A stretch of 64,000 nt of DNA from an uncultured beta proteobacterium (GCA_963752495.1 CAVVYJ010000002.1:250910-314909), one strand, 5' to 3'; positions 1-9,715 are shown, counted from the stretch's first letter. The notes: a model not told the origin generated them from the letters alone. Translations and numbers: made by a program.

Positions 1-855
1 TGCCATCATGTCGCCAAGATTTTTATGCGTTGCGCTAATAATACGCACATCCACAGGTTCTTCTGCTGTGCCGCCTACGCTACGTACTTTCTTTTCTTGA
101 ATTGCACGCAATAGCTTTACTTGCATGGCGAGCGGTAAATCAGCAACTTCATCCAAAAATAATGTACCGCCATTTGCTGCTTGAAAGAGACCCAAAGTAT
201 CTTGTGCAGCGCCTGTAAATGCGCCTTTTTTATAACCAAAAAACTCACTTTCCATTAAATTTTCTGGAATTGCGCCGCAGTTTACCGCGACAAACGATTT
301 GTCACGGCGCGAACTGTTGCTGTGAATAAGTCTTGCAGCAAGTTCCTTACCGCTGCCTGATTCGCCACTGATGTAGACTGGAGCCTGGCTACGGGCCAGC
401 TTTTCGATCATGCTTCGTACTTGACCCATGACAGGTGAGCTGCCAATTAAGTCGACCGTATTGTGTGTTTCTTTTGCATCGGAGCTTGAAAGTTTAAGTG
501 CAGATTCTACTAATGGGCGTAGCTGTTTGAGGGAAATGGGTTTTGTGAGGTAATCGAACGCACCTGCCTTAAGTGCAGATACTGCATTTTCAGCGCTACC
601 ATAAGCAGTAATCACCGCGACAGGTAAGCCAATGTAATTCGCAGAAATATGTTGCACGAGCTCTAGCCCCAAGCCATCTGGCAAGCGCATATCAGTGAGG
701 CATAAATCATAGGGCTTTTTAGTTAATAAATGCTTGGCTTCTTCTAGGTTGCCTGCGCTGTCTGCATTAATATCCATGCGTTCGAGCGTAAGTACGACCA
801 GTTCACGAATGTCTGTCTCGTCATCAACCACCAAACAGTTAAACTGTTGCGCCAT
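1..855 (-). CDS. sigma-54-dependent two-component response regulator (NtrC/PilR-like); N-terminal 285 codons only, C-terminus lies beyond window start
   Basis: My own minus-strand translation from ATG 855..853 stays open to position 1. It reads [19 protein letters not shown]... (receiver domain), then the AAA+ motifs GESGSGKE and [15 protein letters not shown]. It lies 7 nt downstream of the kinase stop. Confidence 0.85.
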   Translation of the reverse strand, partial: MAQQFNCLVVDDETDIRELVVLTLERMDINADSAGNLEEAKHLLTKKPYDLCLTDMRLPDGLGLELVQHISANYIGLPVAVITAYGSAENAVSALKAGAFDYLTKPISLKQLRPLVESALKLSSSDAKETHNTVDLIGSSPVMGQVRSMIEKLARSQAPVYISGESGSGKELAARLIHSNSSRRDKSFVAVNCGAIPENLMESEFFGYKKGAFTGAAQDTLGLFQAANGGTLFLDEVADLPLAMQVKLLRAIQEKKVRSVGGTAEEPVDVRIISATHKNLGDMMA

Positions 856-861
856 GAATTG

Positions 862-2475
862 TTATGCTTTCTTGATTAGTAATGTAAATTCAGTACCGGC
901 ACCCGAAGTGCTAAATTGCAACTTTGCACCATTCGCATCGGCTAATTCTCTTGCAATGTATAGTCCCAAGCCAGTTCCGGTTTTTTCGGTAGTAAAGAAT
1001 GGCTCAAACAAATGGTTGCTTACGCTTTGAGGTATGCCATCACCATCATCACTTATTTTTATCTGAACTGTTTGCGCTTTCCCTACAATATTAATTGCTA
1101 ATTCTAGGCTATTTTCATGCTGTTTGCAGTGTCTCCAGCCGTTTTTACACAAGTTCCATAGTATTTGGTTAAGGTGTCTGCGGTCGAAAGAAATCGAGGT
1201 GTCATTATTTTTTAGTGATAACTTGAAACAGTTGTCAGGAATTTTTTCAACAGCGCAGAATTGATTGTAAAAGTCGCTCATAAAAACTTCAGCTTGTATC
1301 AACTCCTGATTCGTTCGATCGCGTCGATTGAGCTCAAGTACATCCTTAATGATTTGGTCTAGACGCTGCACATTATCGCTGATAATTTGCAGCATGCGTT
1401 TGGTGGCCGGGCTTACGTCTTCTTCCTCTTGCAACAGCTGGTTGGCGTGACTAATCGCGCTGAGTGGGTTACGAATTTCATGTGCGATATTTGCGGTTAA
1501 GCGGCCAAGTGCTGCCAGTTTAACCTGATGCGCTTGTGTTTGCATTTGCGACCAGTCCTCGATGAAAATAACTGCCCCTTGATCGCGAGTGTCTGCAATC
1601 GGTAAAAAACTAATGAGTAACTCACGTGCAAGTGTGTTTGTTTTAAGTATGTTGGGCGTTGTGGACTCAGGCGAAGTCACTTTCCCAAGAAGCCAACTTT
1701 GCATCATGACAGCGATTTCGTGAGAAACTTCAGCCAGTACCTTATCTTTCCAGTCTTCGCCTTCCAAACCCAAGAGTGTTTCTGCTTGAATATTGTGATG
1801 CTTGATTCGTAGTTCATGATCCACTACCAGTACCCCATCTTGCATTTCGTGTGTAATCAGTGCATTAATCTGTGCAAGGTTTTTAACATCTAAACCACGT
1901 TGCGATGCAAGGAGCTCACTTTGTTGCATACGTCTGGCCAAGCTGTATGCTAGCCAGGCGGTAGCAAAACATGCCAAACTCAGCATGACGGCATTCGAGT
2001 AATTGCTAGCCGATCTGTCATTAAACTGCATGCTGTAGGATTGCTCCAATAAAATACTTATTGTTGCAATCGACGCATAAAATAAGGCTAAGCGGCCTTC
2101 ACTAATTAAGCTTGCACTAGCGATTGTGATAATGAGCAACAATCCGGTGCTACCTTGATCCGCTCCCTGTGTATGCATAATAAGTACGATAAAAATAACA
2201 TCGATAACGATTTGTATGGGAGATGTAATTTCAAGGTCTGGTTTTTCAAGCCATGTAAAAATTACTGAAATAAGGCTGAAGATGATATAACTAAAAATTA
2301 AAAAAGTTGGAAGCTCACTCGTAATGCTCTGCCAATCATTGCCATCTTTGAGCATGCCTTGGGTAACCAAAAACATAAGTGCAATTACGATGCGATAAGC
2401 GTTGTAGAGCTTTAGGCTGCGCCAGCGTGTCGAGGTAAGTTTTGCTTCGAGATTGGTGATTAGCTCAATCGCCAT
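862..2475 (-). CDS. multi-TM sensor histidine kinase (PilS/NtrB-like)
   Basis: 537-aa ORF with about 6 N-terminal hydrophobic helices. H-box is AHEIRNPLSAI; ATPase boxes are LWNLCKNGWRH, DDGDGI and GTGLGLYI. It sits directly upstream of the sigma-54 response regulator. Confidence 0.85.
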   Translation of the reverse strand: MAIELITNLEAKLTSTRWRSLKLYNAYRIVIALMFLVTQGMLKDGNDWQSITSELPTFLIFSYIIFSLISVIFTWLEKPDLEITSPIQIVIDVIFIVLIMHTQGADQGSTGLLLIITIASASLISEGRLALFYASIATISILLEQSYSMQFNDRSASNYSNAVMLSLACFATAWLAYSLARRMQQSELLASQRGLDVKNLAQINALITHEMQDGVLVVDHELRIKHHNIQAETLLGLEGEDWKDKVLAEVSHEIAVMMQSWLLGKVTSPESTTPNILKTNTLARELLISFLPIADTRDQGAVIFIEDWSQMQTQAHQVKLAALGRLTANIAHEIRNPLSAISHANQLLQEEEDVSPATKRMLQIISDNVQRLDQIIKDVLELNRRDRTNQELIQAEVFMSDFYNQFCAVEKIPDNCFKLSLKNNDTSISFDRRHLNQILWNLCKNGWRHCKQHENSLELAINIVGKAQTVQIKISDDGDGIPQSVSNHLFEPFFTTEKTGTGLGLYIARELADANGAKLQFSTSGAGTEFTLLIKKA

Positions 2476-2476
2476 A

Positions 2477-2698
2477 TTATTTCTGCTGATCGCATTCAGG
2501 ATTGTTGCAATAGACTAAATTGTTATTCGTGTGGCTTTCACTCTCGGGCACGTGCAAACCGCAAGCAGAACATTGCACTATTTTTTCTGCACTTTTTGTT
2601 TTCGAGGATTTGCTGCTTTGGTTTGCATTGGTAGCGATTCGCTTAAACACGCGATAAAGTATCCAAACTAAAACGATTAATAATAAAATGCGCGCCAT
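2477..2698 (-). CDS. small membrane-anchored Cys-rich protein (PP0621-family-like)
   Basis: 73 aa with an N-terminal TM helix (ILLLIVLVWILY) and a C-terminal CxxC...CxxxxC motif (CSACGLHVP...YCNNPEC). Its stop is 1 nt from the kinase start. Confidence 0.6.
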   Translation of the reverse strand: MARILLLIVLVWILYRVFKRIATNANQSSKSSKTKSAEKIVQCSACGLHVPESESHTNNNLVYCNNPECDQQK

Positions 2699-2874
2699 GG
2701 CGAGTCATACCAAAAATAGATAAATTAATTCTAGAATAAAATTAAACTTATGATGGCAGATTGTAACTAAAAGCAAAGACGAAGTGCAAACAAGCTGCAA
2801 AATCTGGAATAAAATTTAAAGCTGTTATACTTCGATTTGTAATTTAGTAGCGTAAAAATTAACGAATATAATTC

Positions 2875-3465
2875 ATGGCAAGTTCACAGGAACTATCAGA
2901 CTTTCTTAGAGATGTGGAGCGACGTGCTTACAAGCAAACCTTGTACGCTGTGCGTGATGAGCATGTAGCACTTGATATCGTGCAAGACTCGATGCTAAAG
3001 CTTGCTGAGAAATATGCCAAAAATCCGGTGACTGAGTACCCCATGCTGTTTCAGCGTATTTTGCAAAATACCATGAAAGACTTTTGGCGCAGGCAGAAAG
3101 TACGCAATCTTTGGACCACGCTACTTTCATCGTTTGGCGCGGGTAAGGATGGCGAGGAAGATCACGATCCTTTAGACAGCATTGATGTTGAGGATGAGTC
3201 AAGTAATCCCCAAGTACAACTTGAGCGTAGTCAAACCATGAAAATCATCGAAAAAGCGTTGGAAAAGTTACCAGCACGTCAACGTGAAGCCTTTATATTA
3301 CGTTATTGGGAAGACATGGATGTTGCGGAAACCGCTGCAATGATGGGTTGCTCTCAAGGCAGTGTTAAAACGCATTGCTCGCGCGCATTGCATACAATGG
3401 CGGCACTTCTGGAAAAACAAGGATTAGGTAGCAAGGCAATTGCAAATTTAGGGGTAGAGTCTTAG
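2875..3465 (+). CDS. ECF-type RNA polymerase sigma factor
   Basis: 196 aa. Region 2-like DIVQDSMLKLAEKY...FQRILQNTMKDFWRR and a region 4 HTH (LPARQREAFILRYWEDMDVAETAAMMGCSQGSVKTHCSRA). Confidence 0.88.
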   Translation: MASSQELSDFLRDVERRAYKQTLYAVRDEHVALDIVQDSMLKLAEKYAKNPVTEYPMLFQRILQNTMKDFWRRQKVRNLWTTLLSSFGAGKDGEEDHDPLDSIDVEDESSNPQVQLERSQTMKIIEKALEKLPARQREAFILRYWEDMDVAETAAMMGCSQGSVKTHCSRALHTMAALLEKQGLGSKAIANLGVES

Positions 3466-3475
3466 GAGTAGAATC

Positions 3476-3892
3476 ATGGGTGTGGACAATACAAATCAAC
3501 AAGGTAGTGAAAAGCTAGAAGTACAAGCTAAGCAGATTGCAGGCTTGCTGGATGGTCACGCCAAGCGCCTGAGTATGCGCACACTTAAGCAGCTCGAAAA
3601 TGGCCGTGCACGTGCAGTTAAAGTACATGCTGAACAGCTTTCGGGCGTTAATTTAAATGCTGACGGTACCTTAAGTCAATTAGCTCACTGGGCAGAACAT
3701 CATCGTTTGGCTATGACTGGCTTGGTACTCGCAACAATTATCAGCAGTTTTGTTTTATTAAAGGCATTTAACAATAAAGAGCCGAGCGATGCATTTTTAC
3801 TGGGTGCAGAGTTGCCTCCAGAAGCCTTTGTGGATAAGGGTTTTGAGCCATCGCTCAATGTGCCGGATGCACATTTACAACAAAAAACTTAG
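3476..3892 (+). CDS. DUF3619-like single-pass membrane protein (possible anti-sigma partner)
   Basis: 138 aa with one central TM helix (LVLATIISSFVLL). It starts 10 nt after the ECF sigma gene; this sigma / DUF3619 / DUF3106 / RDD order is recalled from betaproteobacterial genomes. Confidence 0.55.
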   Translation: MGVDNTNQQGSEKLEVQAKQIAGLLDGHAKRLSMRTLKQLENGRARAVKVHAEQLSGVNLNADGTLSQLAHWAEHHRLAMTGLVLATIISSFVLLKAFNNKEPSDAFLLGAELPPEAFVDKGFEPSLNVPDAHLQQKT

Positions 3893-3938
3893 TAAATTAT
3901 TATAACTAAATTAAGCAATAAATCAGGGTGCGATTGCA

Positions 3939-4466
3939 ATGAATAAGTTGGCAGGTTTAATAAATAAACTTCTGTTTTTTTTGGTCATGTTTGCAACAAG
4001 TTTGCAAGCACAAGAGTTTGCGAGCGACATGCAGGCTATGCGCGTTGCGATGGGCGATATTGGAAGCATCAAATCTTCGCTAAGCGATGCCGATACGGCG
4101 CCTACACAGAGCTGGTCGCAATTGTCGGATGATCAGCGCAAAATATTGTCGGCGCTAGGTGGTGAGTGGGACACGCTGAGACCTTGGCAGCGAGAAAAAA
4201 TGCTGGATATTGCCAAGGACTACCCTAAAATGGATGCAGAAAAGCAGTTGCGTGTTCAGCGCCGCTTGATTAGCTGGAGCCGCATGACTCCATATGAACG
4301 CGAAAATGCGCGGATACGTTTTCAGCAGTTTCACAATTTAAGCCCAGAGAAAAAAGACGAGTTGCGCAGAAAATGGGCAGACCATCAGAAGTTGCCAGAT
4401 GCTGAACGAGAGAAGTTGCGCAAGGAATCTCCGGAGCTTTATTACGATCCTGAAGTAGATCAATAA
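3939..4466 (+). CDS. DUF3106-like secreted protein
   Basis: 175 aa with a signal peptide (LLFFLVMFATSLQAQE). It has repeated W..(L/M)..(D/E).R / RRKW helical motifs. Confidence 0.55.
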   Translation: MNKLAGLINKLLFFLVMFATSLQAQEFASDMQAMRVAMGDIGSIKSSLSDADTAPTQSWSQLSDDQRKILSALGGEWDTLRPWQREKMLDIAKDYPKMDAEKQLRVQRRLISWSRMTPYERENARIRFQQFHNLSPEKKDELRRKWADHQKLPDAEREKLRKESPELYYDPEVDQ

Positions 4467-4472
4467 TCGGAA

Positions 4473-4499
4473 AGCCCGCACATCAGTGGGCTATTTTTT
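4473..4499 (+). terminator. intrinsic terminator-like hairpin abutting the next start codon
   Basis: Stem agcccgc / gtgggct (7 bp including one G-U pair), 6-nt loop, then aTTTTTT running directly into ATG 4500. Confidence 0.5.
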
Positions 4500-4925
4500 A
4501 TGTTGCCAATCCCAAGCGTACAGCCGGCAAGTTTAATAAAACGGTTTGCAGCCTGCTTTTATGAGTTGGTATTGTTAACAGCTATTTGGTTTTTGTGCAC
4601 ATGGGTTTTTATCTGGTTGTTTGGGGTTGCAGATAGTCACATAAAGCGTTTTGGCCTGCAGGTTTTTTTGTGGCTTATTGCGGGAATTTATTTTGTATGG
4701 TGTTGGCAAAAATCAGGACAAACACTTGCTACACAGACATGGAAAATTAGACTGGTAAATGCACAAGACAATACACCTAGCGTGCGCCAAGCACTACAAA
4801 GATATGTCCTGGCAAGCGCATCGCTATTGGTTTTTGGGCTGGGTTTTTTGTGGGCACTTATTGACAAAGAACAGTTGTTTTTGCATGACAGACTATTAAA
4901 AACACGTCTAGTAAGAGTAACTTAA
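4500..4925 (+). CDS. RDD-family-like membrane protein
   Basis: 141 aa with three hydrophobic helices and the typical N-terminal R..A...D/E-like segment (KRFAACFYELVLL). It is the conserved fourth position after the ECF module. Confidence 0.6.
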   Translation: MLPIPSVQPASLIKRFAACFYELVLLTAIWFLCTWVFIWLFGVADSHIKRFGLQVFLWLIAGIYFVWCWQKSGQTLATQTWKIRLVNAQDNTPSVRQALQRYVLASASLLVFGLGFLWALIDKEQLFLHDRLLKTRLVRVT

Positions 4926-4955
4926 GCTAGTAGACTTTTCAATTGCTAAGAAGCA

Positions 4956-6044
4956 CTAGCGGCGTTCTACTATAAATATTAGAGACAATCCTGCAATTAA
5001 AAATAGTATGGTGGGCGTGATAGCGCTCATTAATGGCGGCCAGTCATTGAGCACTCCCAAATGAATAAAAACACGATTCATGATTTGATAAATCACACCT
5101 AGTAAGACGCCAATAAATATCTTTGTACTAGTTCCACTAGAGCGTTGTTGTAAAAAACCGAATGGCAGTGCCAGAATCACCATCACAATACAGGCCAGTG
5201 GATATATCATCTTAGACCATAGCGCGACTTCATAACGTGTAGTTTTTTGTTTATTGATTTCTAAGTGGTTGATAAATGAGTATAAATTCCAGGCAGACAT
5301 TTTTTCTGGTGCCACTAACAAAACGTTTAAAAGTTCTGGACGTATGAGCGATCTCCAGTTAGCTTTATTAAAAAATTGAGTTTGAACACTATTTTGCTCG
5401 ATTTTTTTTGCATAGTTAAATTTGGTTTGTGTCACTTCACTTAAGCCCCAGCGCTCATCCTCAAAACTACCCTTTTTGGCATTGCTGATGCTTCGCAGCC
5501 TGAAATTTTCGTCAAACTCATAAATGTGTACGTTAAGCAAAGTGGCGTCTGGAAGTACATTTTCTACATTTACAAAACTCTTTCCATCTTTTACCCACAG
5601 GCCAGACTTGAAGTCCTGAGCAACAATAGAGTCCGTTGCCTGAATACGCATGCGCTGTGCCATTTTCTCACTGATGGGCGTAATCAATTCACCCACAAAA
5701 AAGGTAACCGCAGTAAATACTAGGCCAACCTTCACCAATGTTATCCCGATATCAAGTATTGATAAGCCGCTCACGCGCATGACAACAAGCTCTGAATAGC
5801 GAGCTAGCGTACCTAGGCTTACCATCATGCCCACGAGCACAGCTACGGGCACCACTTCGTAGATGTGTCCTGGGACACTCAGCAGAACAAAAAGAAGCAT
5901 TTGGTTTATGCCGTAATTCCCGCGCCCTAAAGTGTTAAGCTCTTGTATCAGATCGAAAAAAGAAAACATTGCAAGCAAGCCTAGCATGATCATCAAGATG
6001 GTGATGCTGGTTTCTTGCCAAAAATAACGGTTAAAAATACGCAT
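4956..6044 (-). CDS. lptG: LPS export ABC transporter permease LptG
   Basis: 362 aa with YjgP/YjgQ-type topology (3 TM, a periplasmic beta-jellyroll segment, 3 TM). It lies immediately downstream of lptF. Confidence 0.9.
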   Translation of the reverse strand: MRIFNRYFWQETSITILMIMLGLLAMFSFFDLIQELNTLGRGNYGINQMLLFVLLSVPGHIYEVVPVAVLVGMMVSLGTLARYSELVVMRVSGLSILDIGITLVKVGLVFTAVTFFVGELITPISEKMAQRMRIQATDSIVAQDFKSGLWVKDGKSFVNVENVLPDATLLNVHIYEFDENFRLRSISNAKKGSFEDERWGLSEVTQTKFNYAKKIEQNSVQTQFFNKANWRSLIRPELLNVLLVAPEKMSAWNLYSFINHLEINKQKTTRYEVALWSKMIYPLACIVMVILALPFGFLQQRSSGTSTKIFIGVLLGVIYQIMNRVFIHLGVLNDWPPLMSAITPTILFLIAGLSLIFIVERR

Positions 6045-6046
6045 CT

Positions 6047-7170
6047 CTACGACTCTGCGGGCTGTTTTTTCCAGCTACCCAAATACTTATGAATGAATGA
6101 AGGTAATACTGGCAACAAATAAGTGCGGCGATAAAACAAATAGATGGCGAGCAAAACAAATACAACATGTACAGGCCACAGGCCAATAATAGGACTGATT
6201 TTCCCTTGTGTTATCCAAGCCTCAAATATGCTGAGCATATTGTTATAGATAATATAAATGAGCAGGGCGAATATCAGGTTGAGTGAGCGGCCCGCGCGCG
6301 GGTCAACAAAGCTTAATGGAATCGCTAGCAGCACTAATATAATCGTTGAGAGTGGAATGGCTAAGCGCCATTGCAGCTCTGCTTGGTCCCTTAGTGTTTC
6401 GCTACCGATTAATTCCTGTGTGCTTTGCGCATCCGTGGTGTTAGGCTCGCGCGCTACTTCTTTTGTTTCAACACGGATGGCGTAACGCTCGAATTCAGTC
6501 GTAGAGATTTCCGCAGAGTTTGGCTTCCCTTCGTAGCGACGTCCCTTTTCTAACAAGAGAAAATTGTCGCCATTCTCCGCTTTAATGCGACTACCATTGC
6601 TGGAGACAATGACGCCGGTTTTTTTATGTTGGGTAGATTGTACAAATACGTTCTTAACAACATTGCCTAGCTGGTCAAAGCTCTCAACAAAATAAACACG
6701 TTCACCATTGTTTGATTCTTTAAACACACCAGGATTGATTGCAGAAAGCTCGTCACGACTTTTCAGCTGGACACGATAATCCTCGACTTTTTGTGTAGCC
6801 CATGGCATTACAAAAAAACTTAAAAGTGCAATCAATATCACTACAGGAAACGCAAAATTTAAAATAGGACGTATCCATTTTGCGACTCCTAGTCCAGAAG
6901 TAAACCAAATGACCATTTCTGAATCGCGATGCCAGCGTGTGAGTGTAAGAAGTACAGATAAAAAAATCGTTAGTGACAAGATCATCGGAAGAAACCGGAC
7001 GATATTAAACCCAAGCATGGTAGTAATTGCATCATTTGGTATCCAGCCTTTGGCGGCAATACGCACCAAAAAACCAGCACGCTGTGCAATACGATGCCAA
7101 TGAGGATTAAAAATGCGGCTGCGGCCGTTGAAATTAGCTCATTAGATAATGATTTATTAAAAATTTTCAA
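6047..7170 (-). pseudogene. lptF: LPS export permease LptF, reading frame broken by an apparent 1-nt deletion in a T6 run (plus-strand A6 at 7068..7073)
   Basis: TTG 7170 opens MKIFNKSLSNELISTAAAAFLILIGIVLHSVLVF, a typical LptF N-terminus. The rest of LptF (VRIAAKGWIPNDAITTMLGF... to stop 6047) is in the -1 frame. Adding one T restores ...HSVLVFLVRIAAKGW... Confidence 0.85.
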
Positions 7171-7248
7171 TTTGCATATTGCGCTTTGATTTCGGGCTAA
7201 AACGCTGGATAATTAGGTTAAGTATGTAAAACAATTAAGGTTCAATAT

Positions 7249-8737
7249 ATGGAATTTAGCATAAAAAACGGGAATCCTGAAAAACAACGCAGTGATTGCC
7301 TAGTTGTAGGTGTTTTTGAAGGTAGAAAACTGTCTGATTCGGCAAAAAGTTTAGATGAAGCATCAGGCAAAGCAATTAGCGCGGTACTTAAAACGTGGTG
7401 ATATGGAAGGAAAAAGCAGTTCTGCATTAGTTATGCACCATGTTGCGAACGTTGCTGCATCGCGTATTCTGCTGGTTGGCCTTGGTAAGCAAGCAGAGTT
7501 TGGAGAGGCGCAATATTGCAAAGCTGTGCGTGCGGCGGTAAAAGCCTTGCCAAAAGGAGCTAAAAGTGCCGCTTTATATTTACCAGAATTGCCGATTAAA
7601 AAGGCGAGTGCGTTTACAAAAGTTGCCTTGCTTGTTGAAGTGGTAGTGGATGTTACCTACCAAGTAAATGCGATTAAGCTTAAAAAGGCAGATCCTGTCA
7701 GCTTGAGTGAAGCGACAATTTTTGTTGAAAAGTCACAAATTAAGGAAGCTGAAGCGGGAGTAAAGCATGGTTTAGCAATTTCGGCAGGTGTTTCTTTAGC
7801 TAAGGATTTAGGCAACTTACCCCCTAATGTTTGCACGCCAAGTTATTTGGGGGAACAGGCAAAAAAACTCGCTAAAACTTACGGATTTAAAGTAGAAGTG
7901 CTTGAGCAAGCTGAAATTAAAAAATTGGGCATGGGTTCATTTTTAGGGGTGGCGCAGGGCAGTAGTGAGCCGCCACGTTTAATTGTTCTGCAACACAGCA
8001 AAGGTAAAAAAGGCCAAAAGCCTGTTGTGCTAGTGGGTAAAGGTATTACATTTGACACGGGTGGTATTTCACTTAAGCCGGGTGCCGATATGGATGAGAT
8101 GAAGTACGATATGTGTGGTGCAGCGAGCGTTCTCGGCACTTTTAAGGCTATTGGCGAGCTGGGTTTGGCAATGAATGCGGTTGGTATCATTCCGACATGT
8201 GAAAATATGCCAAGTGGCAATGCCATTAAGCCTGGAGATATACTTACCAGCATGTCGGGGCAAACTATCGAGGTGTTGAATACTGATGCAGAGGGACGCT
8301 TGATTTTATGTGATGCGCTCACTTATGCGGAGCGTTTTGAACCTAGCGCAGTGGTGGATATCGCTACGCTAACGGGCGCTTGCGTCATTGCATTGGGACA
8401 TCATCCAAGCGGGTTATTTAGTAACCAAGACGCGCTAGCAAAAGAGTTGTTAGAAGCGGGCGAGAAAGCGCATGACCGTGCTTGGCATATGCCGATGTGG
8501 GACGACTATCAAAGTCAATTAGATAGTAACTTTGCTGATATGGCGAATATTGGCGGGCGTGCAGGGGGCAGTATTACGGCTGCATGTTTCTTGTCACGGT
8601 TTACAAAAAAATATGATTGGGCACATTTGGATATTGCAGGTACTGCTTGGAAATCTGGCAAAGAAAAAGGAGGTACGGGGCGCCCAGTGCCACTGCTTAC
8701 AACCTTTTTAGTGCAACGTGCGGCTAAAACAAAATAA
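7249..8737 (+). pseudogene. pepA: leucyl aminopeptidase PepA, frame broken by an apparent 1-nt insertion (A4 run 7390..7393)
   Basis: ATG 7249 gives [29 protein letters not shown]...AISAVLKTW*, which matches the PepA N-terminus. The remainder (RGDMEGKSS... through NTDAEGRL and the C-terminus) is in the next frame. AAA instead of AAAA gives [11 protein letters not shown]. Confidence 0.88.
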
Positions 8738-8743
8738 TCGACC

Positions 8744-9163
8744 ATGACGCGCGTTATTTTTTATTCTAAACTTGCGGATAAGCAGTTAACTTTAGCAAAC
8801 TTGTTGCTACAGGCGCTACAAAAGAAGCATCAGATAACAATTTTGGCAGAAAATAAAGAGGCAGCCAGCATGATAAGCAGTGAAATCTGGCTTGGCGGCG
8901 CAGCTGAGTTTATCCCTAATGCGCTGGCAAGCGATTTGATTGCCAAAGAAACGCCTGTTGTCATTGATTGGGACGAAAAAGCCTTGTTTCAGGATGATAT
9001 TTTGATTAACCTCTCACAAAAGCAGGTGTTGGCATTTAGCCGATTCAGGCAGTTGATTGAGCTGGTAGGCAATGCTGAAGATGACAAAATTGCCGCACGC
9101 GCACGTTATAAGTTTTATCGTGATCGTGGCTATGAGATTAAGCATCTTGAGCACGCGCAATGA
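8744..9163 (+). CDS. holC: DNA polymerase III chi subunit
   Basis: 139 aa starting MTRVIFY... with a chi-like fold signature. It holds the conserved position directly after pepA. Confidence 0.8.
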   Translation: MTRVIFYSKLADKQLTLANLLLQALQKKHQITILAENKEAASMISSEIWLGGAAEFIPNALASDLIAKETPVVIDWDEKALFQDDILINLSQKQVLAFSRFRQLIELVGNAEDDKIAARARYKFYRDRGYEIKHLEHAQ

Positions 9164-9198
9164 GTCGATTAGAGCCGAACTAAAAGATAGGGGATATT

Positions 9199-9708
9199 TT
9201 GGCAGAAAGTAAAATACCAGTACTTACCGAGGTATATAAACCTAAGGCAGAGGCTAAGCCAGCGCGTCAAGAAGATCCCACGTTGGGGATTACGCCTGAG
9301 CTTATTTCAAGAGTTTCTGCACACGTGAGACCAAGGCTAGAGGCTGAGATTACGCAATCGGTTTTGGAAAGCTTAAGTGCATTTGTGAAGAAAGATGTGT
9401 TGAATGAGTTTCAGCACGAAATTAAAAAAACTCAAGAAGAAATCGTCGCTAGCACAAAAGACTTTGTCGACAGAACTAAAGCAGACCTTAAAACCGAGAT
9501 GCCGCGGATGTATCAAGACAGCATTGATTTGGCGCAAATTAATTTGAAGGAAAAATTTTCTTTAATAGAAACTGAGGCAGCGGCAAGATTTGATGTGACG
9601 CTTTCGGAGTTGATTGGAAGCGCCACACAGAAAGCCGTTTCGGACGTGGTTTCGCAAACAGATAAGACGGAGGCGGATGCTAGTGCGCGTATCGTGCAGC
9701 TATATTGA
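9199..9708 (+). CDS. hypothetical Glu/Lys/Ala-rich helical protein (possibly the 5' part of a longer frameshifted gene)
   Basis: TTG start preceded by tagggga. 169 aa with no recognisable catalytic motif. Its stop overlaps the open upstream extension of the next ORF. Confidence 0.5.
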   Translation: MAESKIPVLTEVYKPKAEAKPARQEDPTLGITPELISRVSAHVRPRLEAEITQSVLESLSAFVKKDVLNEFQHEIKKTQEEIVASTKDFVDRTKADLKTEMPRMYQDSIDLAQINLKEKFSLIETEAAARFDVTLSELIGSATQKAVSDVVSQTDKTEADASARIVQLY

Positions 9709-9715
9709 TAGTGAA

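Noticed and set aside
734-1030. 98-codon plus-strand ORF spanning the regulator/kinase junction.
   Set aside because: It is antisense to two well-supported minus-strand genes and has a low-complexity Ser-rich translation.
7060-7085. Programmed -1 frameshifting or transcriptional slippage at the lptF T6 run, and recoding at the other four break sites.
   Set aside because: I can see no stimulatory structure or SD-like element. The other breaks are at unrelated, non-slippery sequences. A common technical cause explains all of them more simply. This is kept as a low-probability alternative only.
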